Source: Halobacteriaceae archaeon (lineage in GTDB: Archaea > Halobacteriota > Halobacteria > Halobacteriales > Halobacteriaceae). From it: a stretch of DNA of 13,126 nucleotides. The stretch is taken from contig JBDGTS010000003.1 in NCBI GenBank assembly GCA_042216675.1, forward strand, positions 1 through 13,126, read 5' to 3'. Positions 7,023-13,126 of the stretch are shown piece by piece (the stretch's first letter is position 1; every line of letters starts with the position of its first letter). The notes under the pieces were generated by a model. The model was not told the DNA's origin, did no database searches, and saw nothing but the letters and a program-made list of their open reading frames with translations. Made by a program: the position numbers and the translations under genes.

Positions 7023-7649
7023 CTACGCGATGTCGCGGCTGGTGTCGATGCGCACCCGCTCCGCGAGTTCGAGTTTGATGGTGTCCGAGGGGGCCTGCCC
7101 GCCGCGGAACTTCGGCACCGCGAGGCGCGTCTCGATTTCGTCGCCGTCCGTGTTCACGCGGAGTTCGAACACCACGTCGGCCATGTGTTCGGTGGTGTCC
7201 CGCATGTCGGGGACCGTGGCCCCGCGGAGGGCGTGGAGGACGGCGACGCCGCCGATGTTCTGCATGTGGTTCTGCAGTTGGTTGAGGAAGTTGACGTAGC
7301 GGTTGCGCTCCGTCCGTTCGAGGACGTCGATGGGGTCCACGATGAGGTTCGCCTCGCCGTTGATGTTCCGGAACAGCCGTTGGGCGTTGTCGAGCGGTGC
7401 GTCGCCCTGAATGTAGCTGATGCGGGGGTCGCCGGTCGGAGCGGGCGTGCGCTCGAAGGCGTCGGTGACGGCCTGTTCCGTTCGCTCGGTGGAGAGATAC
7501 AGCGTCGGGCGGGAGCGCGTGAGTTCGTACAGCAGTAGCTCGGCCTGACTCGCTGGCGGCGCGGTGTACGCGACGACGCTCCCCTGCGGGAGGCCGCCGC
7601 CGAGCCGGCGGTCGAGGACGTCGACGCCGGTCGAGAGTCGGCCAGCCAT
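7023..7649 (-). CDS. RAD55/KaiC-like RecA-superfamily protein with degenerate Walker A
   Basis: N-terminal [27 protein letters not shown], Walker-B-like LIVDPID, ADVVFEL and [10 protein letters not shown]. The P-loop position reads [18 protein letters not shown] at 7675-7680 (-). Confidence 0.88.
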   Translation of the reverse strand: MAGRLSTGVDVLDRRLGGGLPQGSVVAYTAPPASQAELLLYELTRSRPTLYLSTERTEQAVTDAFERTPAPTGDPRISYIQGDAPLDNAQRLFRNINGEANLIVDPIDVLERTERNRYVNFLNQLQNHMQNIGGVAVLHALRGATVPDMRDTTEHMADVVFELRVNTDGDEIETRLAVPKFRGGQAPSDTIKLELAERVRIDTSRDIA

Positions 7650-7692
7650 TCATCGGGGATAGGTCACCCAGTAGTTTAACCGTTCGGCCCGC

Positions 7693-8301
7693 TCAGAGCG
7701 CCGCCGCAAGACGTCCGTACGCCGCGCGCACGCCGTTAGCGGCCAGCGGCGACTCCGCGTCGGGCACGGACGCCAGCACCGGCGCGTCGAGGGCGTCCGC
7801 CAGCCCAGCGGGCGGGTCGGCGGCGCGAACGACGACGCCGCCGGCCACCGGCGTCCCGAGCGCTCGCGCCATCGCGGCCGTCTTGACAGCGTCCGTCACC
7901 GCCGGGCGGTCGGGCGTCGTGACGACGAGCGCACGGTCGGCGCGACGGAGGGGGGCCGCCGCGTCGGGACGCGCGCCCCCGGGACAGTCAACCACCACGG
8001 GGTCCGCGTGCCCGGCGAGGCGGGCGAGTGCCGCGTCGACGCGCGCGCCGGGCGCCGCCGGGCACACCGCCACGCCGGGAAACTGCTCGGGCGCGTGCGT
8101 CGCCGCTCGGAGCCCACGGCCGTCGGCGAGCGCGTCCACGCCCGGGTCCGCCGGCACGTCCGCGACGACGTGGAGGTCAGGCATGTCCGTGTCCGCGTCG
8201 ACGACGAGGGGCCGACGGCGCTGGCCGGCTAGCGCCCGCGCGAGACCGATGGCCGTGGTCGTCTTTCCGACGCCGCCTTTACCGCCAGCGACTGCGAGCA
8301 T
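7693..8301 (-). CDS. MinD/ParA-family ATPase (short form)
   Basis: Deviant Walker [11 protein letters not shown], switch [12 protein letters not shown], Walker B/switch [10 protein letters not shown], and LVVTTP. Confidence 0.9.
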   Translation of the reverse strand: MLAVAGGKGGVGKTTTAIGLARALAGQRRRPLVVDADTDMPDLHVVADVPADPGVDALADGRGLRAATHAPEQFPGVAVCPAAPGARVDAALARLAGHADPVVVDCPGGARPDAAAPLRRADRALVVTTPDRPAVTDAVKTAAMARALGTPVAGGVVVRAADPPAGLADALDAPVLASVPDAESPLAANGVRAAYGRLAAAL

Positions 8302-8325
8302 GGGCCGCGGTGGTCCCCCTCTCGG

Positions 8326-8347
8326 CCTTGAACCTTCAGATTCAAGG
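8326..8347. promoter_or_regulatory. Inverted repeat CCTTGAA-N8-TTCAAGG, probable back-to-back TATA boxes for the minD-like gene and pyrB
   Basis: Perfect 7-bp arms. Each TTCAAG ends 26 nt from the ATG of the divergent gene (8301 and 8372). Confidence 0.7.
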
Positions 8348-8371
8348 GGGCGGGCAACGCCTGTTCAGTCG

Positions 8372-9274
8372 ATGCGGCACACCCATCTGCTCACGACAAA
8401 ACAGCTGTCCCGGGCCGACATCGAGTCGGTGCTGGACAGCGCGGCCGCCATCGCGGACGACCCCGCGGCCCACGGGGAGCGCCTCTCCGATGCGTTGCTC
8501 GCGACGTGTTTCTTCGAACCGAGCACGCGGACGAAGATGAGTTTCAAGTCCGCGATGAAGCGGCTGGGGGGTGACGTCGTCGACATGGGCCCCGTCGAGA
8601 CCTCCAGCGTCAAGAAGGGCGAGTCGCTGGCCGACACCGTGCGCGTCGTCGAGGGGTACGCCGACGCCATCGTCCTCCGCCATCCGAGTCAGGGCGCGGC
8701 CAAGATGGCCAGCGAGTTCGTCGACGTGCCTCTCATCAACGCCGGCGACGGCGCGGGCCACCACCCCACCCAGACCCTCCTCGACCTGTACACCATTCGG
8801 GAGAACGCGGGGCTGGAGGACCTCTCTATCGGCATCATGGGTGACCTGAAGTACGGCCGGACCGTCCACTCGCTCGCCCACGCGCTGACGAACTTCGACG
8901 CCCGGATGCACTTCATCAGCCCCGAGAGCCTGCGGCTTCCTCGCGGCGTCCGCTACGACCTGCATCAGGACGGCGCCCGCGTTCGCGAACACGAGGACCT
9001 CTCGGAGGTGGTGTCGAACCTCGACGTACTCTACGTGACCCGGATTCAGGCCGAGCGCTTCCCCGACGAGGAGGAGTACGAGAAAGTCGCCGGGGAGTAC
9101 AGCGTCGACGAGGAGACGCTTGCGGCCGCCCCGGACGACCTGACAGTGATGCATCCGCTGCCGCGGGTCGACGAAATCGACCCCGAAATCGACGACGCGC
9201 CGCAGGCCCAGTACTTCGAACAGGCGCACAACGCCGTACCCGTGCGGATGGCCCTTCTGGAGGAACTGCTATGA
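8372..9274 (+). CDS. pyrB: Aspartate carbamoyltransferase catalytic subunit
   Basis: [42 protein letters not shown] and MHPLPR. The true start is ATG 8372. 300 aa. Confidence 0.97.
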   Translation: MRHTHLLTTKQLSRADIESVLDSAAAIADDPAAHGERLSDALLATCFFEPSTRTKMSFKSAMKRLGGDVVDMGPVETSSVKKGESLADTVRVVEGYADAIVLRHPSQGAAKMASEFVDVPLINAGDGAGHHPTQTLLDLYTIRENAGLEDLSIGIMGDLKYGRTVHSLAHALTNFDARMHFISPESLRLPRGVRYDLHQDGARVREHEDLSEVVSNLDVLYVTRIQAERFPDEEEYEKVAGEYSVDEETLAAAPDDLTVMHPLPRVDEIDPEIDDAPQAQYFEQAHNAVPVRMALLEELL

Positions 9275-9729
9275 GCGACCACGAACTCCGCGTCAGCAAG
9301 ATTCGCGACGGCACCGTCATCGACCACGTGACCGGGGGTCAGGCCCTCAACGTCCTCGCCATCCTCGGCATCGACGGGAGCGGCGGCGAGGAAGTGAGCG
9401 TCGGCATCAACGTCCCCAGCGACCGGATGGGGCGCAAGGACATCGTGAAAGTCGAGGGGCGCGAACTCAGTCAGGACGAAGTCGACGTGCTGTCGCTCAT
9501 CGCCCCCGACGCCACCATCAACATCATCCGGGAGTACGACGTGGTGGAGAAGTCCCGCGTCGAGCGACCGGACCGCGTGACGGGCGTCCTCGAGTGCCCG
9601 AACCGCGACTGCATCACGAACGCCGACGAACCCGTGCCCGCGACGTTCGACGTGCTTCCCGACGGCGTTCGCTGTGTCTACTGTGAGACCATCATGCGCG
9701 AAGACGTGGCGGACTACATCGCGAACTAG
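9271..9729 (+). CDS. pyrI: Aspartate carbamoyltransferase regulatory subunit
   Basis: [19 protein letters not shown], and zinc ligands CPNRDC and CVYC. ATGA overlap with pyrB. Confidence 0.97.
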   Translation: MSDHELRVSKIRDGTVIDHVTGGQALNVLAILGIDGSGGEEVSVGINVPSDRMGRKDIVKVEGRELSQDEVDVLSLIAPDATINIIREYDVVEKSRVERPDRVTGVLECPNRDCITNADEPVPATFDVLPDGVRCVYCETIMREDVADYIAN

Positions 9730-9777
9730 CGTCGTCCCGAAAGGATTTATCGGCAGGCGTTCTACATGTCACACGTT

Positions 9778-9879
9778 ATGTCCCGCACCATCCTGAAGGT
9801 GGCTGTCGTTCTGGTACTGGTCGCACTCGCGTGGAAACTCGTCGGCGGCGACGACGAGGCACCCGACGTCGACGCGTAG
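9778..9879 (+). CDS. 33-aa single-pass membrane microprotein (not in ORF track)
   Basis: MSRTILKVAVVLVLVALAWKLVGGDDEAPDVDA*: basic N-terminus, hydrophobic helix, acidic tail. It has its own purine-rich BRE and TTTAT box (9746-9750). An alternative in-frame ATG is at 9766. Confidence 0.75.
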   Translation: MSRTILKVAVVLVLVALAWKLVGGDDEAPDVDA

Positions 9880-9921
9880 CGGACCGACCCTTTTAGGCCG
9901 CTCCGGCCCGGAACGGTCCCC

Positions 9922-10734
9922 ATGTACGGCGTCTGTACCCGCAACGCCGAGGACGCGGCGTGGCCCGACTTCGACCGCGCCTTCTACGAGGTGAAGGCGG
10001 TGTCGGGCCGTCACGCCGACCCGATTCCCGACGCGGCCAGCGTGGTGTCCTGTTTCGCAGACACCGCGACGGCCGAGACGACGCCGGAACTCGTCGCCCG
10101 CGACGCGCAGGGCCGCGCGGCGACGCGGGACCACCCGTCCCTCGAAACGGGCCACGTCTGCCCGACGGACGAGCACTACCGCGAGGGCGTCCTCGAAACC
10201 GTCGCCGACGCCGCGGCGGTGAGCGGCGACGTGCGCCTCGACGAGGTGGGCCTCCCGCCGGGGTTCTGTCGGTGTGACCGCTGTGCGGACGCCCGCGGCG
10301 ACGCCGACTGGACCGCGTGGCGGACGGACGCCCTCACCGAATTCGTCGCCGAGGCGGCGGCCCGCGTGGACGGAACCACGTACCTCTCGCTCGAACCGGA
10401 CCCCTACCCGGGTCACCTCCGGAAACGGTGGGGGCTCGACGTGGACGCACTCGCGGCGCACGTCGACGAGTTCGTCGTCCCCCTCTACGACCCCGGCTAC
10501 GAGACGACGTACTGGCTGGAGTCGCTGGCGTCCGGGTTCGCGGACCGCCTCGACGCGCCCGTCGGGGTCGAACTGTACGCCGCGGGCGTGGACGTGGACG
10601 CTCTCCTCGACGCCGTCGGGGCCGTCGAGGAGTACGCTAACCACATCTACTTCGGCTACGACGCCGGCGCCGGGCGCGCCGCTATCCGCCGGATGCGGGC
10701 CGAACGGCGCGAGGGCGAAACTCACCGACCCTGA
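9922..10734 (+). CDS. Conserved hypothetical protein, probable TIM-barrel glycoside-hydrolase-like fold with a Cys metal site
   Basis: VCPT..YRE, VRLDEVGLP, FCRCDRC, W..WR...LTEFV and GLD...LA..VDEFVVPLY. TATA TTTTAG at 9891-9896. The CDS is secure; the fold is inferred. Confidence 0.7.
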   Translation: MYGVCTRNAEDAAWPDFDRAFYEVKAVSGRHADPIPDAASVVSCFADTATAETTPELVARDAQGRAATRDHPSLETGHVCPTDEHYREGVLETVADAAAVSGDVRLDEVGLPPGFCRCDRCADARGDADWTAWRTDALTEFVAEAAARVDGTTYLSLEPDPYPGHLRKRWGLDVDALAAHVDEFVVPLYDPGYETTYWLESLASGFADRLDAPVGVELYAAGVDVDALLDAVGAVEEYANHIYFGYDAGAGRAAIRRMRAERREGETHRP

Positions 10735-10778
10735 GTCGAACCGCGTCGCTTTTGAGGGCGCCGCGAGAATCTCGGGAC

Positions 10779-10973
10779 ATGAGCTTCGAGAAGGGTGACA
10801 GCGTCGTTCTGCAGGACGAACACAGCGACTACGACGGACAGGTCGGCCAAGTCACGCAAGTGATGGAGACGATGTTCGGCGACGAGAACTACACGGTCAG
10901 CTTCGAGGACGGGCAAGAGGCCGGTATTCCGGAGGAGAACCTCGAACCCGCCGAGGAAGAGGACGAGGAGTGA
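10779..10973 (+). CDS. Small acidic SH3-like protein (DUF1918-like), 64 aa
   Basis: MSFEKGDSVVLQDEHSDYDGQVGQVTQVMETMFGDENYTVSFEDGQEAG. ATG 10779 lies 24 nt after TTTTGA (10750-10755). Confidence 0.8.
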   Translation: MSFEKGDSVVLQDEHSDYDGQVGQVTQVMETMFGDENYTVSFEDGQEAGIPEENLEPAEEEDEE

Positions 10974-10989
10974 CGCTTTCCCTCGGGTA

Positions 10990-11400
10990 ATGCCCCCTTT
11001 TCACTACGTCGACGTTCGCGCGTTCTGCTACGAGACGGAGTCCGAGGACCGAGTCCGCGATGCGCTCCGCCTCCTGCTCCCCGAAGACGTCGAACTCGAA
11101 CGCGCGGTGACAGAGGGGCATCACGGCGACCGCATCATCGTGCTGTCGGCACGGGTCGAACGCGCCGACGAGATGCGGACGGTTCTCGACGCGCTCACGG
11201 AGTCTCCCGACATGGACCGCATCCGGTCGGAACTCGACGAGCGAATCGACGAGGACTGCTCGCTGTATCTCCACCTCGACAAGCAGGCGGCGGCGCAGGG
11301 CGTCGTCCGCCTCGGCGACGGCATCCACCTCCGGACGAAGGTGGAAGCCTATCCCGCGAAGAAAGAACACGCCGTCGAGAACGCTCGCGACGCGTTCTGA
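10990..11400 (+). CDS. Archaeal putative RNA-binding protein (DUF54 / COG1325-like)
   Basis: FCYETESEDRV..AL, EGHHGDRI, LYLHLDKQAA and KVEAYPAK. It starts 16 nt after the DUF1918-like gene, so the two are probably co-transcribed. Confidence 0.88.
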   Translation: MPPFHYVDVRAFCYETESEDRVRDALRLLLPEDVELERAVTEGHHGDRIIVLSARVERADEMRTVLDALTESPDMDRIRSELDERIDEDCSLYLHLDKQAAAQGVVRLGDGIHLRTKVEAYPAKKEHAVENARDAF

Positions 11401-11415
11401 CGGCCCTTCGGTGAC

Positions 11416-11475
11416 GATTTTCTGACGCTCACTCCCGTAGCGACTGCGCTCCGTCCGCCGCCGCGGAGCGCTCCG
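11416..11475 (+). terminator. Possible terminator / structured region after the RNA-binding gene
   Basis: T-tract GATTTTCT (11416-11423), then an 8-bp stem GCGCTCCG/CGGAGCGC (11446-11471) overlapping the 12-bp palindrome CGGAGCGCTCCG (11464-11475). Confidence 0.35.
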
Positions 11476-11494
11476 TGCCGGCGGGTATCGGCAG

Positions 11495-11570
11495 GAACCA
11501 GTATTCATATCAGGGTTCAATCTGTGGCCTAGTAACCCTTGCCCTAGATTTAAGTGATGAACGTTGTCAT
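11495..11570 (+). promoter_or_regulatory. AT-rich promoter region of the secreted beta-helix gene
   Basis: TTTAAG at 11549-11554, 25 nt before GTG 11579. ATGA-N6-TCAT dyad at 11557-11570 and GAACC-N14-GGTTC at 11495-11518. Confidence 0.6.
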
Positions 11571-11578
11571 ACATCGAC

Positions 11579-13126
11579 GTGGCGTCAAATAAATCTGACA
11601 TCGACGGCACTGGCGAATCGAGCGACCTGACGTTCACGCGGCGCGCGGCGCTGGCGCTGATGGGGGCCGGCGGCGTCGCCGCGGCGACGGGGACTGCGAC
11701 GGCGGACCACGGTGACGCGCCGGGGAGCGAGACCGGCCGCTACGACCGGAAGTGGAACCAGGACGTGAACGCACAGGAACACGACCTGAAGAATCTCCAC
11801 TCCGTCGACGTGGACCACGTGTACGCGTCGGCCCGCGACGCCGACGTGGTGGTGTGGAAAGACGACGAGGGTGGCTGGCACGCGGACGGCCGCGACGGCC
11901 ACGTCACCAGCACCGACGACGTGATGCTGGCGACGAACGCGGCGTTCGACAGCCTCACCGACGGCCGCGACCACAAGGAGAAAGTCGTCATCGTCTCCCC
12001 CGCCGAAGTCGGCCCCCACTCGTGGGGTGAGGGGCCGTGGCCCGGCTACAAGGGCATCGAGGTGCCGAGCAACACGATTCTCGACGTGCCGGCCCCCATC
12101 CACATCAAGGACGAGGGCAAGCCCCTGATTCGGGCCGTTCACGCCAAGGACGCGGAGAACATCGAGTTCCCGACGCTGAACATCAAGGGCAACCCCCGGT
12201 ACGCCGTCTGGATGAACAGCGTCTCCGACGTGCGCATCGGGCACGTCAGCGTCGAGTTCGCTGACGAAGTCAAGGAGGGCGGCCTCGGCGTCCGCATCGA
12301 CCAGTACGGCGACTCGGGGCGGAGCAAGAACGTCCAGATAAACTCCGGCTACGTCAAGAACTCGGCCCACCACGCCTTCGAGACGAACGGCGTCACGCGG
12401 TTCCAGGCGGGGCAACTCATCGCCGACAACCCGGCGAACGCGGCCCTGAACATGGACCACACCATCGACGCCACCATCGACAGCGTCGTCGGGCAGGACC
12501 CGGGCCACCCCTCGACGTACGCGACGGTCCGCCTCGCGAACTACTGCCACAACGTCTCGGTCGGACAGGTGGTCTCTCGCGGCGGCGCCAAGGGCCTGAT
12601 GTGTCTCACCGCCAAGGACGCCTCCTTCGGCGAGGTCAACATCACGGACTCCACGGACAGCGGCGTCTTCATCGCGCTCTCGACGGACATCACCATCTCC
12701 GGCGGGACCATCAAGAACTGCCGCGGCGAGGGCATCCGCATCCACGGCTATCCGACGGACACCTTCGAGGCGTTCAACGTCGCCACCTCGGGCATCACGG
12801 TCAGCGACGTGCGCTTCCGCGACGACAGGCCCGAGGGCGAGCAGACACAGACCTACGCCATCCGCGAGTCGGGCGAGACGGCGTTCAGCAACCAGTTCGT
12901 CAACAACGACGTGCGCAACGGCGGCACCGAGGACCCCATCGCCATCGCCGCGGCGTCGACGCTCGTCGCCAACAACCTCGGCGCGGGCGTCGACGAGGGG
13001 ACGGTGACGCTCACGTCCGGCGAGGACCCGGCGGCCCGCGTGACGGGCGTGTCGCCGCACAAGGACGCGACGCTGGACCTGCGTGCGAAGGCCCACGACG
13101 GCCCCGACGCGCGCTTCTCGTGGGAC
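11579..13126 (+). CDS. Tat-secreted right-handed parallel beta-helix protein (pectin-lyase-like fold), 3' end truncated (not in ORF track)
   Basis: Open frame of 516 codons from GTG 11579 to the window end. It begins MASNKSDIDGTGESSDLTFTRRAALALMGAGGVAAATGTATA|DHGD (twin-Arg, hydrophobic region, AxA site). Beta-helix-like coils include SDVRIGHVSV, KNVQINSGYVKNS, HNVSVGQVVSRGG, TDITISGGTIKNCRGEGIRI and SGITVSDVRF. Confidence 0.88.
   Translation, partial: MASNKSDIDGTGESSDLTFTRRAALALMGAGGVAAATGTATADHGDAPGSETGRYDRKWNQDVNAQEHDLKNLHSVDVDHVYASARDADVVVWKDDEGGWHADGRDGHVTSTDDVMLATNAAFDSLTDGRDHKEKVVIVSPAEVGPHSWGEGPWPGYKGIEVPSNTILDVPAPIHIKDEGKPLIRAVHAKDAENIEFPTLNIKGNPRYAVWMNSVSDVRIGHVSVEFADEVKEGGLGVRIDQYGDSGRSKNVQINSGYVKNSAHHAFETNGVTRFQAGQLIADNPANAALNMDHTIDATIDSVVGQDPGHPSTYATVRLANYCHNVSVGQVVSRGGAKGLMCLTAKDASFGEVNITDSTDSGVFIALSTDITISGGTIKNCRGEGIRIHGYPTDTFEAFNVATSGITVSDVRFRDDRPEGEQTQTYAIRESGETAFSNQFVNNDVRNGGTEDPIAIAAASTLVANNLGAGVDEGTVTLTSGEDPAARVTGVSPHKDATLDLRAKAHDGPDARFSWD

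Noticed and set aside
7883-8371. 163-aa N-terminal extension of PyrB, and similar extensions on the dioxygenase, thioredoxin, CyaB-like, FKBP and DUF1918-like ORFs
   Set aside because: They overlap neighbouring genes or promoters. TATA spacing and family N-termini indicate the downstream ATGs.
9769-11637. - strand ORFs 9769..10725 and 10897..11637
   Set aside because: Antisense to well-supported + strand genes, with no domain-like features.
11585-13096. 503-aa - strand ORF
   Set aside because: Antisense shadow of the + strand Tat/beta-helix gene, which has a promoter, a signal peptide and host-like codon usage.
1-13126. CRISPR array, tRNA/rRNA, IS element or integrase
   Set aside because: No regularly spaced repeats, cloverleaf signatures, terminal inverted repeats with target duplications, or transposase/recombinase motifs were seen. 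Intergenic gaps are all short.

Overview
GC-rich window with acidic proteins and TATA-like boxes about 24-28 nt upstream of start codons (leaderless mRNAs), typical of a haloarchaeal (Halobacteria) chromosome. It is mostly core genes: a ring-cleaving dioxygenase/glyoxalase, a WCGDC thioredoxin-like protein, cysteine synthase, a DUF5804-like protein, archaeal SAM synthetase, a CYTH/class IV adenylate cyclase-like protein, a long FKBP PPIase, a degenerate RAD55/KaiC-like ATPase, a MinD/ParA ATPase, pyrB-pyrI, a Cys-motif TIM-barrel-like protein, a DUF1918-like protein and a DUF54-type RNA-binding protein. Four ORFs are absent from the supplied track: a truncated lipoprotein at the left edge, a 12-codon mini-ORF coupled to the DUF5804-like gene, a 33-aa membrane microprotein and a truncated Tat-secreted beta-helix protein at the right edge. 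A C2H2 zinc-finger microprotein and an 83-aa membrane protein are present in the track only inside over-extended ORFs. The most notable non-coding signals are a perfect 26-bp palindrome directly before the cyaB-like start and a symmetric divergent promoter between minD and pyrB. I saw no CRISPR array, RNA gene, transposase or integrase. I cannot demonstrate a complete novel system; the findings are leads. All family assignments come from motif recognition and recall, not database searches.
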